DNA of 62,513 bases, from the IMG/VR virus record IMGVR_UViG_3300037424_002587, positions 1 through 62,513 of that record; one strand, written 5' to 3'. Position 1 is the first letter of the stretch; each line of letters starts with the position of its first letter. Below are positions 46,343 through 56,088 of this stretch, piece by piece. The DNA comes from a virus. Lineage: Duplodnaviria > Caudoviricetes. A program made the translations under genes and the position numbers. Under the pieces are notes generated by a model. It saw only the letters and a program-made list of their open reading frames with translations, did not search any database and had not been told where the DNA came from.

Positions 46343-48361
46343 TCAACTATTGATAATATTAATTATTCGGCACGTCATGGCCAGTAGCAATTCGCCCGCA
46401 TCCATCGTATAGCTTTTAATATGAGAGTGCGTACTCACCATATCTGTTAAAATGTTTGCCATTATATTACTAGAGATTTTTATATTTAATTTTTGCATTT
46501 CTTCGATGAGTCTCGAATAAGCGGGGAATGAACCTACTAAATTCTTTTTTACAGAAGCGTACAGCATATTTGTATGAAAATCAATTAAACTCTTTAAAAA
46601 ATATTCAACATTCTGAATATTCTTAAGAATAGTCAACGCAGTAGCATACTTACCCATATAAACACTTAATAAGTATTTACTTACTAATACACTTGGGGGT
46701 AAATCGACTACCTCTTTAATAATTTCAGGGAGAATAGATAAATCTATTTTACCCTTACCTTTTACATAATAAATTACTTTTTCTAAAGCTTTTAATCCGT
46801 CTCGAGGTTGACCTCGAACTAATTTAGATATTTCTATTAGGCTTTTTTTGTCTTCGGCTATAATGGATTTCTCAGCAACAGCTACTTTATAAAGCAATTT
46901 GGCTAAGTCCTTGTATTCAAGAGGGTTTGTTTGGAATTTAAGACATCTACCCAAGATAGTATCTTTAAATTTTTCAGGTTCAGTGGTGCAAAGTATCCAT
47001 ACAACATGTTCGGGAGGTTCTTCCAAAGGTTTAAGAAAACACTCCCGAGCTGCTGGAGTGGACATGTGAAATTCGTCTAATATATAGACCCTAAAATTAG
47101 ATTCAGGTAGATATAAAGACTGATTAATTAATTCCCTTGCATTATCTACACCTGTAGCATTTGCCATATTTAATTCGTGGATATCAGGATGGTCTTCAAT
47201 TTTATCTAATTTACAAGTAGAACATTCTCCACATAATAATTTATCACCAGTACAATTGATATATCTTGCAATAATGCGAGCAATCGAAGTCTTGCCCGAT
47301 CCGGCACTCCCATATAACATGATAGTGTGATTAATTTTTCCGCTTTCAAACATTCCCCTAAGGGTATTAACTATTTCATTTTGTCCAACCAAATCCTCAA
47401 GACACTTTGGTCTATACTTTACATCCAAAGATTCAGTAGTTGTTAAAAAAGGCACTTTTAATTTCTCCTTTTCTTTGATTTTGATACTTTCATATTCTTT
47501 TACAATAGTCTCTCGGTTGATCCACATAGTGCCTGTATTTGCACTTGCATATTTCGACCAGTCAATTTTTTCAAAAATTTGGCGAACTCCCGAAACATGG
47601 CACTTAATTCTTTCAGTCGTTTGTATAGCAACCGGGTCGTCAACTTCTCGGACCAACTGCTTGCGTGCTCCACAAACAACAAACAGAAAATCAGCATGAT
47701 ACCTTTGTGCTTTTGGTAAAAAAACAAAATCTGGATGAGTTGTTAATGGAGCCGTCAGAATACGTTTATTGGTGGTCGAAGACCACTTAGTAGTGCCTAT
47801 TTTTCGAGTTGTCCATATTTGAAATGTGCATTTTACATCATAATCTAAATTGTTAAAAACAAAGGAAAAAGGTTTTAATCGCTTATTAAAAATAAGAGCA
47901 AAACGTGTATCTAAACGTCTATGAATGCTCCACTTTTCCCAGACAACAGGAACTATAAAAGCTATAGTATCAGAATATTTGGCTGCATGATTAAAAAACT
48001 GCACAGCATACTTCGACTGCACACCAAACGGAGGATTTCCAATTGTTATTATTCGCTTAGTGGTCTTCGACCACTCTGTAGGTAAACCATATTGTAAAAA
48101 ATCTCCTTGAATTACACCGAAACATTTAGGCTCTATATCCAACCCCAGTCTTTTATTAGCTGGTAATAATTCAAAAAAGCTACCAGTTCCCGCACTGGGC
48201 TCAAGAAAAATATCATAATAGTCCTCGTAATCTGATGGATAAATTTGCTTTATGTAGGCTATGCACTCTCTTGCAACTTCAGTTTTTGTATAATATTGAT
48301 TTAGTTCCTTACAATTCACCGAACAATTCCTTTTCAGTGATAGCATATTTGAACCAATCAA
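46343..48361 (-). CDS. dnaX: In-frame fusion: amino-DNA methyltransferase (N) plus DNA polymerase III gamma/tau clamp loader (C, from GTG 47455)
   Basis: N part has QYYT, LEPSAGTGSF, IGNPPFG. C part has KYRP..LEDLVGQ, GSAGSGKTS, CxxC zinc cluster, ILDEFHM, FLKPLEEPP, TILGRC. The likely real start is GTG at 48319. Confidence 0.9.
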   Translation of the reverse strand: MIGSNMLSLKRNCSVNCKELNQYYTKTEVARECIAYIKQIYPSDYEDYYDIFLEPSAGTGSFFELLPANKRLGLDIEPKCFGVIQGDFLQYGLPTEWSKTTKRIITIGNPPFGVQSKYAVQFFNHAAKYSDTIAFIVPVVWEKWSIHRRLDTRFALIFNKRLKPFSFVFNNLDYDVKCTFQIWTTRKIGTTKWSSTTNKRILTAPLTTHPDFVFLPKAQRYHADFLFVVCGARKQLVREVDDPVAIQTTERIKCHVSGVRQIFEKIDWSKYASANTGTMWINRETIVKEYESIKIKEKEKLKVPFLTTTESLDVKYRPKCLEDLVGQNEIVNTLRGMFESGKINHTIMLYGSAGSGKTSIARIIARYINCTGDKLLCGECSTCKLDKIEDHPDIHELNMANATGVDNARELINQSLYLPESNFRVYILDEFHMSTPAARECFLKPLEEPPEHVVWILCTTEPEKFKDTILGRCLKFQTNPLEYKDLAKLLYKVAVAEKSIIAEDKKSLIEISKLVRGQPRDGLKALEKVIYYVKGKGKIDLSILPEIIKEVVDLPPSVLVSKYLLSVYMGKYATALTILKNIQNVEYFLKSLIDFHTNMLYASVKKNLVGSFPAYSRLIEEMQKLNIKISSNIMANILTDMVSTHSHIKSYTMDAGELLLAMTCRIINIINS

Positions 48362-48920
48362 ATTTTTTACGATTCAATGAAATACTCCACTCTTCTTTGG
48401 ATCCATTTTGAATCTTACTCATCTTATTTTTGGAACCTCCCATTATATGGGCACCTGAAAATGAAATGTCTTTTGCATAGTGTTCCTTTAGCTTTTTTGT
48501 AGGAATGTAAAGCAAAGTATATGAACCCGTATCTTCATAAATAGTTAAAAACAGATAACCCTCCAAGGATTGATAAAGTCTAACTTGGTTTCCCCTAAAA
48601 ATTCTGTTATCTCTGCTAGTTAGAACTGCGATCTTTAACTCATAATATTTATTCGCTTTGCAGAGATCGCCTCGATCTTCCTTTTGTTTGGATTTTCGAT
48701 CAAAATAACCACGAGCTTGAAAATATAACTCACAAAGAGGACCTCTCTGTTGTCCAGTAAGAGGAAGCAATTTTTTAACAAAAACTTCTAAGGGTAGCTG
48801 TTTCAAAACCTCTACGTTATTGAGCTGATTGTAGGAATTACGTTGTAATAGACACAAATGACAAGCATCTTCTTCCTTAGATATTAGATCATCAAGGTTT
48901 TCAAATCGTATAGCCATCAA
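48309..48920 (-). CDS. Putative PD-(D/E)xK restriction endonuclease
   Basis: CE...RGD...YYELK...NQVR pattern; overlaps the MTase start and has its own promoter. Confidence 0.6.
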   Translation of the reverse strand: MMAIRFENLDDLISKEEDACHLCLLQRNSYNQLNNVEVLKQLPLEVFVKKLLPLTGQQRGPLCELYFQARGYFDRKSKQKEDRGDLCKANKYYELKIAVLTSRDNRIFRGNQVRLYQSLEGYLFLTIYEDTGSYTLLYIPTKKLKEHYAKDISFSGAHIMGGSKNKMSKIQNGSKEEWSISLNRKKFDWFKYAITEKELFGEL

Positions 48921-48991
48921 ATTCTCCTACAAGTGAGTTTTCATCGCGTGCCTATGTTTCAGTTCAACGATCAGTAATCAATTATGTATTA

Positions 48992-49020
48992 ATTATACAG
49001 GTTATTCTGAGAAAAGTCAA
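48992..49020 (-). promoter_or_regulatory. Sigma70-type promoter driving REase-MTase/DnaX
   Basis: TTGACT-17 nt-TATAAT followed by TAATACATAA. Confidence 0.8.
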
Positions 49021-49070
49021 CCCTTTTTGTTCAACTCCTCTTAACATTTACGTAGTTTACATCTTTTTAT

Positions 49071-49133
49071 GTATGAATGTAAAATCACTATCCTAAAAGG
49101 ATTTATTGACCATAGAGATAGTGGGTGATTCAC
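49071..49133 (+). mobile_element. Degenerate IS200/IS605-type mini element
   Basis: TTTAT|gtatgaatg..cactatc...gatagtgggtgattcac; supplies the TGA stop of 49130..49435. Confidence 0.6.
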
Positions 49134-49435
49134 TTTCCATATAATTCAGTATTTATAATCTCCAATTGAACATTTGAGATATTTTTAAAAACTATCTTTT
49201 TGAGAATCTTTTCTGGTGAAACATCGACAAAATCTAAAAAATTAGCAAAAGCTTGACTTGCAAATCCCGGACTAATTTTATGCACATTCGTAAAATCCAA
49301 AATAATAAAGGGCTCTTCATTCAGCCAAGCTTCTTCATTAAGAAGCTTGGCTAAATATTTATTTACAAAGGTAATCGCTTGACTTCGGTCGGCCAAACGA
49401 CTACTAAATTCTTTACCTACATCAACAACTTGCAT
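49130..49435 (-). CDS. STAS-like (DUF4325) protein
   Basis: LADRSQA...IILDFTNV..ISPGFASQAF. Confidence 0.7.
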   Translation of the reverse strand: MQVVDVGKEFSSRLADRSQAITFVNKYLAKLLNEEAWLNEEPFIILDFTNVHKISPGFASQAFANFLDFVDVSPEKILKKIVFKNISNVQLEIINTELYGK

Positions 49436-49445
49436 TTAGGCTCCA

Positions 49446-49634
49446 TTAATAGAATATAAGTTTCAATATATCTTCTGCAGCTTTATTGCGAGTTTCAAAA
49501 TTTGTAATACCATAATGATCATGCAATAACATTGCTATATTTGAAATATAGCCGTCTTTAAATCCGCCTGGTTGTGAATCTGCTTCAAAAGCATCTTTCA
49601 TTACTTTACGCGCTTTAACAATTTCTTTTGACAA
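49446..49634 (-). CDS. Small hypothetical protein
   Basis: ORF track; GGAGGG RBS. Confidence 0.55.
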   Translation of the reverse strand: MSKEIVKARKVMKDAFEADSQPGGFKDGYISNIAMLLHDHYGITNFETRNKAAEDILKLIFY

Positions 49635-49685
49635 TTTAATTCCCTCCTACGTCTACTATATTACTTCATTAAAAAACGATAATCT

Positions 49686-50174
49686 TCACGATACGTAATT
49701 TGCTGTTTTATAGGACTTTACAATTATATCATTTTCATTACACGAAAATGCAACAGCCGCGCCAGTCGTAGTTTCTCTGACTCGTGCATAAACTACTTTA
49801 ATTAAATCTTTATACTTTTGCTCTAAGAAATCATTTGTAAATTTGAACAAAGCCCGAGCCATATTTTCGGCTGTGCAATTTTTCTTCATTACTAAAACAC
49901 GCTCAAACTTACTATAAAAGAATTCAATAACTTCCTTATCTTCTTCCTCCGCAAAAACAGTAGCGTGATCAAAATCATCAACAAAATCTTTAATGGGTTT
50001 CAATTCCTTAAAATCTAATACCATGCCAGTGTTGTCATCTACTAAACCCTTTAAAGCAATTTCCCAAATATAACTATGGCCATGCACGCTAAATCTACAG
50101 CGGGTGCTTACTGCATTTTTAACAATATGGGCAGTTTCTGACTTCATGATTTTTTCAATCAAAGCTTCAGGCAT
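49686..50174 (-). CDS. queD: 6-carboxy-5,6,7,8-tetrahydropterin synthase (QueD-like)
   Basis: AH..., C...HGHSY, GMVLDFKELK, FDH, TAENMA, VRET. Confidence 0.85.
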   Translation of the reverse strand: MPEALIEKIMKSETAHIVKNAVSTRCRFSVHGHSYIWEIALKGLVDDNTGMVLDFKELKPIKDFVDDFDHATVFAEEEDKEVIEFFYSKFERVLVMKKNCTAENMARALFKFTNDFLEQKYKDLIKVVYARVRETTTGAAVAFSCNENDIIVKSYKTANYVS

Positions 50175-50252
50175 ATAACCTCCAAAAAATCAATATATTT
50201 TTAAATGATTATTTTAATCCACCTAACCTAATACTCTTTTTCATTTATCTCT

Positions 50253-50708
50253 TTAACAAATTTGTAATATTTTAACTTCTGCCTCCTTCAAAAGACCTTC
50301 AGTAAATTCATCAGGATATGGTTCTTTATAAAAGATTTTACAAATTCCTGCACTTATTATCATTTTAGCACAAGTAGCACAAGGCATATGCGTTACGTAA
50401 ATGGAGCAGCTATTGAGGTCTCTTCGTGCATATATTATAGCATTTTGTTCTGCATGCATAGCACGACAAATTTCAATTCGCTGTGCTGATGGAATATCCA
50501 ATTCCGCTCGCAAACAACCACGTTCATCACAATGTTTTAATTTACTTGGAATACCGTTATAACCCGTTGATATAATTCGATTCTCTGTGTCTACTATAAC
50601 TGCACCTATTTTTCTCCTTATACAGGTTGATCTACAGGAGGTCAACTCAGCAATACTCATAAAATATTCGACCCATGGAAGTCTCTTTTTATTATATTCG
50701 GTAGACAT
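50253..50708 (-). CDS. dCMP deaminase
   Basis: RSTC.RRKIGAVIV, STGYNG, HAEQNAI, PCATCAKMII. Confidence 0.9.
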   Translation of the reverse strand: MSTEYNKKRLPWVEYFMSIAELTSCRSTCIRRKIGAVIVDTENRIISTGYNGIPSKLKHCDERGCLRAELDIPSAQRIEICRAMHAEQNAIIYARRDLNSCSIYVTHMPCATCAKMIISAGICKIFYKEPYPDEFTEGLLKEAEVKILQIC

Positions 50709-53454
50709 TATCAGCTCTTATCTCCCTTGTTGCATTAGTGATATCAACCACTCGCTTTGAATTACTTACTATGGCTTCGTAATTATAGCAACTATGATTT
50801 ACTGCAATAATAATTGTTTCAAAACCACATAAATTATCATAACGAGGCGTTATTGAATAACTATGCAATGTTTTAAAAATATCGCCATCTCTTTTTAATA
50901 TAGGGATGTAAGGATCATTATAATCAATGATTAAGCCTTTTTCTTCTAAATAATCCATTAAGCGTAATACTCCTGACTCGCGTATATCATCAATATCAGG
51001 TTTATACGTAACACCTAATATAAGTATATTAGCCTCGGGTAGGAGAATATGCCGACCTAATATCTCACAAATTTTGGTAGCAATGTATTTTGGTTGACCC
51101 CAATTAATTGCTTCAGCTTCCGAAATTAAACGAGATTTACATTCAAACTTTTTAACACGATAAGTTAAATAGGTGGGATCAGTTGAAATGCAATTATGTA
51201 CTATAAGACCATTTGAGGTAATTATAGTATGATTATTCTCTATTTCTGCAGAATAGACAAAAGTATTTGAAGGCTCAATCATGATATCTTTAACTTTTAA
51301 GGCATAATAATTTCCATAATCTTTAACATAATCATATATAATTCTTTTTTGAAGATTATTAAAGTATGTTTCAAATAAAGATTTACGTATTTCACCAAAC
51401 AATTTTTTTGCGTTTTCTAAATCTTCTGGACCTGAGAGCGAAAGTAATCCATCTCTTTTTTGAATTTTAGGAATTACACCAAAATCTTTCAATAATAAAC
51501 CAATTTGTTGAAATAAATTTGGACTTGAAGTAAAATAATTTATAGAAGCACTTGTTTTGTTATAAATCCTCCCCTTAGCATCTTTTTGTTTCCCTGAAAA
51601 AATATAACTTCCTCCATCTCCTCTAAATAATCCACTTAATAATTCAAATTTTAAATCAGAGGAAGCATTATAAAAAAGAGCTGGAATTTGCTTTTCATAA
51701 CAATTTTTTCCACATTTTAAAATATTTTCAAATAAAAATCCAAGAAAATATGAAGGAATTCTAATGCAAGTTGCTTTAAAATTTTTATCTTTAAAAACCA
51801 ATGGTTTTAATTCAAACTTAGTTTTTAATATAGACACAACATCCTCTATATATTCAAATTCTGTTGAATTAAACGTAAAGGCTGTTTTTAAACTATCTCC
51901 ATTATTCAGGACACAACCTTCACTCAAATAATAACCAATTAATCGAGCAAAATCCTTATCTACAAAGATAATACAGGGAAACTTGCTAAAGCTGGGACCG
52001 CTTCCTCTGCACAAATAAAGATTAGATCTGGGGATATTTAAATCTTTTTCTAATTCTAAATATTTTTCTAAAGGTAAATAATCAGAAATAAAATAATTCA
52101 TCGCAATTCGTAAATTACCTATTTTTTTCTTTATGGTATCTTTGTAATCTTTAAAACTGCCTGTTTTAAGTTTAACTCTCACTTTCGGATACACAGAAGG
52201 ATCTAGATATTCAAGAATATCTAGATTCATAGAGTTCCAAAAATTTTGTTTCGGAAGATTTTTATTTAAAATCAACAAATCCCCAGATTTAATATCTTTC
52301 GCATATTTGATCTGAATCCCTTTCTCCTCAATGAGCATAGGATGCAAATCACTTACTCGAAGAGAATACCCATAATGGCAATTTATATCAATCATATTCC
52401 CTATAAATTTTCTTTTTGAAAAACAATTAACTTTTTCGTAAGTGATACTTTTATCAGATATGTTAAAAGATAAACATTTTGTGTTTTCAGGATAAAAGAA
52501 TTCGGTATTATTTACTATTTCTTTACGACAATTTAAAGAATCTACATAAGGACCAAAATCAACAATTTTATGCTCTTTGTTTTCGATTAAGAAGAGTTTT
52601 GATTTTCCATCTAAACAGTGCCCTCCGACGAAGCCTGGAGTAAACTTTTGAAATCCAAAAGGTTTTGTAGAGGCTGCTTCTACAACTTTCCAAATATCAA
52701 TACCCATCTGTTCACACAAATAACGCATTTCATTTATTAAAGCAATATTAACTGCACGATAAGTATTTTCTAAAATTTTTGCAGTTTCTGCAATTTCAAC
52801 AGAATCCACAGGTATCACTTTATCAAATACCTGTTGATAGAGAACTTGCACTCTTTCCAAACATTTTTTTGTTATTCCTGAAACTAATTTAGGAATTTGT
52901 TTGATTGGAATTTTACTACCAGGGTTTTCACGTTCGGGTGAAAATGCTACAAAATAATCTCTTCCCACTACTTTACCTGTTGCCTTTTGAATAACATTAC
53001 ATATTTCTTCTCGTGTAGTACCCGGGTATGAAGTGCTCTCTAAAATAATTAACTGATTCTTACAGAGATATTGTTTCAGTTGATTCACAACATTTCTCAC
53101 GTAGGAAAGATCTGGTTGTCTATATTCATTTAATGGTGTAGGTACCGTTATAATTATAACATCCATGTTTTCCAATATAGAAAAATTAGAAGTAGGATAA
53201 AAGGTACAATTCGCAATTCTATCAGATTGAATTGTTGAAATATATGATTTATTACTGCGAATTGTATCAATTTTATTTTCATCAATGTCAAATCCAACTA
53301 CACGAAATCCAGCTTCACAAAAGGTGAGAGTAAGAGGAAGCCCCACATATCCTAAACCTACAACACCTATCCATACTTCTTTAGTTGTAATTTTTTCAAT
53401 TAAATCTAAATCTTTATCAGAAATTTTCTTTAAAATATTATTACGATTATCCAT
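50692..53454 (-). CDS. UDP-glucose/UDP-GlcNAc/GDP-mannose dehydrogenase family protein with intein
   Basis: VGLGYVGLP, VPTP, LESTSYPGTT, FSPER.NPG, KILENTYR.VNIA..NE, GGH|C, LGVTYKPDIDD.RES. Confidence 0.9.
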   Translation of the reverse strand: MDNRNNILKKISDKDLDLIEKITTKEVWIGVVGLGYVGLPLTLTFCEAGFRVVGFDIDENKIDTIRSNKSYISTIQSDRIANCTFYPTSNFSILENMDVIIITVPTPLNEYRQPDLSYVRNVVNQLKQYLCKNQLIILESTSYPGTTREEICNVIQKATGKVVGRDYFVAFSPERENPGSKIPIKQIPKLVSGITKKCLERVQVLYQQVFDKVIPVDSVEIAETAKILENTYRAVNIALINEMRYLCEQMGIDIWKVVEAASTKPFGFQKFTPGFVGGHCLDGKSKLFLIENKEHKIVDFGPYVDSLNCRKEIVNNTEFFYPENTKCLSFNISDKSITYEKVNCFSKRKFIGNMIDINCHYGYSLRVSDLHPMLIEEKGIQIKYAKDIKSGDLLILNKNLPKQNFWNSMNLDILEYLDPSVYPKVRVKLKTGSFKDYKDTIKKKIGNLRIAMNYFISDYLPLEKYLELEKDLNIPRSNLYLCRGSGPSFSKFPCIIFVDKDFARLIGYYLSEGCVLNNGDSLKTAFTFNSTEFEYIEDVVSILKTKFELKPLVFKDKNFKATCIRIPSYFLGFLFENILKCGKNCYEKQIPALFYNASSDLKFELLSGLFRGDGGSYIFSGKQKDAKGRIYNKTSASINYFTSSPNLFQQIGLLLKDFGVIPKIQKRDGLLSLSGPEDLENAKKLFGEIRKSLFETYFNNLQKRIIYDYVKDYGNYYALKVKDIMIEPSNTFVYSAEIENNHTIITSNGLIVHNCISTDPTYLTYRVKKFECKSRLISEAEAINWGQPKYIATKICEILGRHILLPEANILILGVTYKPDIDDIRESGVLRLMDYLEEKGLIIDYNDPYIPILKRDGDIFKTLHSYSITPRYDNLCGFETIIIAVNHSCYNYEAIVSNSKRVVDITNATREIRADNVYRI
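51193..52617 (-). mobile_element. Class 1 intein with LAGLIDADG endonuclease at the catalytic Cys of the sugar dehydrogenase, 475 aa
   Basis: GGH|CLDG...SDLHP...LIGYYLSEG...LLSGLFRGDG...LIVHN|CIS. Confidence 0.9.
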
Positions 53455-53510
53455 GATTTTCCTACTTTAAACTCCTTTAGAAGATTACTACTTTTAATCC
53501 CAAAAAGATC

Positions 53511-53720
53511 TCATCTATTTTTTTCTTCTTTATTTATTCTATTACTATAACCATCATTTGACCACCCACCCCCAACTAAAATAAAAGTACAAGGATTAAT
53601 AATTTTTTCAGTAGTAAGGCTAAAACATTTTTCACAAAGGGGTAAAGAGTTATCTAACATAGATTTACGCTGATCAAATATATGGCCACATCTTAAACAT
53701 TTAAATGTATAGATCGGCAT
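53511..53720 (-). CDS. FmdB-family zinc ribbon protein
   Basis: MPIYTFKCLRCGHIF...CEKC...FILVGGGW...GY. Confidence 0.85.
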   Translation of the reverse strand: MPIYTFKCLRCGHIFDQRKSMLDNSLPLCEKCFSLTTEKIINPCTFILVGGGWSNDGYSNRINKEEKNR

Positions 53721-53721
53721 G

Positions 53722-56016
53722 TTATCTCCTTACAACTTTAATGTGCCCATTTTCTAAAAGAACTACACACTCTTTAACATTTTCTAAAGAGGGTGTTTCA
53801 AACATGGTTTCTAGCATGATACTTTCCATAATAGATCTTAAACTACGAGCTCCAGTACCCATATCCAGTGCCTTTTGTGCAATATATTCAAGAGCTGACT
53901 TATCAAATTTTAAATCAATGTTATCCATTAATAATAATTCTTGATATTGCTCTACGAGAGAATATTTAGGAATTGTTAAAATTTTAATGAGATCATCTAT
54001 GTCTAACTCATCCAATGTAACAATAATAGGAACTCTACCTACCAACTCAGGTATTAATCCGTATTTGATTAAATCCCTATGTGTAACCTGTTTCAAATAC
54101 TTTTCTACTTTATCTGAAGAAGAAACCTTTTCAGTCAAAAAACCAACATTAGAGTTTCCTTGTCTTTCCGCAATTAATTCGGCCAATCCATTGAAGGCAC
54201 CCCCAAGTATAAATAATATATTACGAGTATCTATGCGAACATATTGCTGTCCTGGATGTTTTCTTTGACCCGTAGGTTGCACATTAATAATAGAACCCTC
54301 TAATAATTTCAATAAAGCCTGCTGAACACCTTCACCTGAAACATCGCGGGTTATTGAAGGATTTGCTCCATTCTTACGTGCTTTTTTATCTATTTCATCA
54401 ATATAAATAATTCCCCGAGTTGCTTTTTCTATATCCGAATTTGCATTAATCAGCAATGTTTGCAACATTGTTTCGATATCTTCGCCAACGTAGCCCGCCT
54501 CTGTCATAGAGGTAGCATCTACAATAGCAAATGGAACATTTAAAAATCGAGCTAATGTTTGACACAGAAGTGTATTATGCGTCACCACAAATCCATCTGT
54601 AATGTATAAATGATCAGGGTGATCGATCATTATACATTGTGTTTCTTGTATTCCAAGGTATTTTATTGTTTTAATTTTACATCTTAATGTTATAGGAATC
54701 GAACGAATAGCTCTTTCACTTTTCCTACCAAGCTTCATTAGTATTTCAGGATTAGAATGTCTAATACAACATTTGAACCACATTCTACATCTTTTTCGAA
54801 TACCTTCTTTTGTTTTATAAAAAGATTTTTTAATCCTAATAGTACAAAGACCGCCTAACGATCTTATTAAATACTGAACATCTAAGGCTAATTGATGGTT
54901 ACTCGTAGAATAAGAAACATCCCCACTTGCATAGCTATCTTCATATTTAGATTTTTGACATTTTCTTTTATTAACTTCTCCATCTATATCCATTAAACCC
55001 CTTAATAATTCTAAACGCTGCTCAACTGAGCTTTCTTTGTAAATTTCTGGTATAAATTTTTCATAGGAGTGTTTGTCATAAAGACCCAAGTCCCTTAATA
55101 TCTCGATATAAACATTCGAGTTTTCTTTTTTTCCATGTGTTATATTGTAATCACAACTCCTTTTAAATTTTAAATAATAACCCTGTTCCAATTTAGAAAT
55201 CAAATTATTAAGAATTTGATCCTCTATATTAGAAAAATTTACAACCCCCGTAAGATTACCATCGCCTAACAAAAGTCCTAATAAATAAGGATTCATAGGA
55301 AGATCTTTTAAACTATTTTGAATAAATTTACATAAAGGCACATACAATGGACTTTTTACTTTTTTCTTATATTCTATTATTTCCTTTAAAGACATAATTC
55401 GTTCAGAATTTTCAACTTTAATGTGCTCTTTATGATTATTTCGATGTTTTCGTGTCCAATTATAACTAAAAACTTTCCATAAATGATTCTCATCACAATC
55501 TGTAGTTCGACCATCTTCAAACGTTATACGATAAGTTGGCCTTAATCCTTGTGGAAATACTCCCCTAACTGATGCAGATTTTCCCTTAGGAGTTGATACC
55601 ACATCACCTACTTTAATATCTCCCATCTTTATCCAACCATCAGGTGTTTTAATCTGTGAGTAAAGAGGTTGTGCTTTTCCACTACCCGTAGGTCCAATCA
55701 ACATAATATTACTTTTTTGAATTTCAGTGGTAATATTACGGATTCTTTTATAATGATTATAAACAGCAACAGCTAAAGATTTTTTAACTTGTTCCTGGCC
55801 TATTACATAGTCATCTAAGAAATTTTTTATTTCAATAGGTTTGAACGAACAACTACCAATTTTCTTTTCAAGAGCTTCATTTTCTAAAAATTTAGTACCA
55901 AATGCAATACATTCATTACAAATAAATGCACCTGAACCTTCCAGTAATTTCCCAACCTCAGAAGTAGTCCGGCCACAAAAAGAACATTTATTTTCTTGAT
56001 AATCTGAAGAAACCAT
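53722..56016 (-). CDS. clpX: ATP-dependent Clp protease ATPase ClpX with intein
   Basis: CSFCG zinc domain, YVIGQ..VK..LAVAVYNHYKR, KSNI.LIGPTGSGK|TLL, TEAGYVGED, SITRDVSGEGVQQALLK, TGARSLR. Confidence 0.95.
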   Translation of the reverse strand: MVSSDYQENKCSFCGRTTSEVGKLLEGSGAFICNECIAFGTKFLENEALEKKIGSCSFKPIEIKNFLDDYVIGQEQVKKSLAVAVYNHYKRIRNITTEIQKSNIMLIGPTGSGKAQPLYSQIKTPDGWIKMGDIKVGDVVSTPKGKSASVRGVFPQGLRPTYRITFEDGRTTDCDENHLWKVFSYNWTRKHRNNHKEHIKVENSERIMSLKEIIEYKKKVKSPLYVPLCKFIQNSLKDLPMNPYLLGLLLGDGNLTGVVNFSNIEDQILNNLISKLEQGYYLKFKRSCDYNITHGKKENSNVYIEILRDLGLYDKHSYEKFIPEIYKESSVEQRLELLRGLMDIDGEVNKRKCQKSKYEDSYASGDVSYSTSNHQLALDVQYLIRSLGGLCTIRIKKSFYKTKEGIRKRCRMWFKCCIRHSNPEILMKLGRKSERAIRSIPITLRCKIKTIKYLGIQETQCIMIDHPDHLYITDGFVVTHNTLLCQTLARFLNVPFAIVDATSMTEAGYVGEDIETMLQTLLINANSDIEKATRGIIYIDEIDKKARKNGANPSITRDVSGEGVQQALLKLLEGSIINVQPTGQRKHPGQQYVRIDTRNILFILGGAFNGLAELIAERQGNSNVGFLTEKVSSSDKVEKYLKQVTHRDLIKYGLIPELVGRVPIIVTLDELDIDDLIKILTIPKYSLVEQYQELLLMDNIDLKFDKSALEYIAQKALDMGTGARSLRSIMESIMLETMFETPSLENVKECVVLLENGHIKVVRR
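54574..55674 (-). mobile_element. Class 3 (Ala1, WCT) intein with LAGLIDADG endonuclease in ClpX Walker A, 367 aa
   Basis: AQPLYSQIKTPDGW...CDENHLW...TQCIMI...YITDGFVVTHN|T; closely similar to the DnaB intein. Confidence 0.9.
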
Positions 56017-56088
56017 ATTTTGAACCTTTCATATGTTAAAGTTCCTATTTTTTAAGGTATACAAAAATAATTTCTTATTACGGATAAT

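Noticed and set aside
19676-47727. Short alternative-frame minus-strand ORFs (19676, 25192, 25558, 33565, 44099, 47500)
   Set aside because: Nested out of frame within better-supported genes; no supporting motifs.
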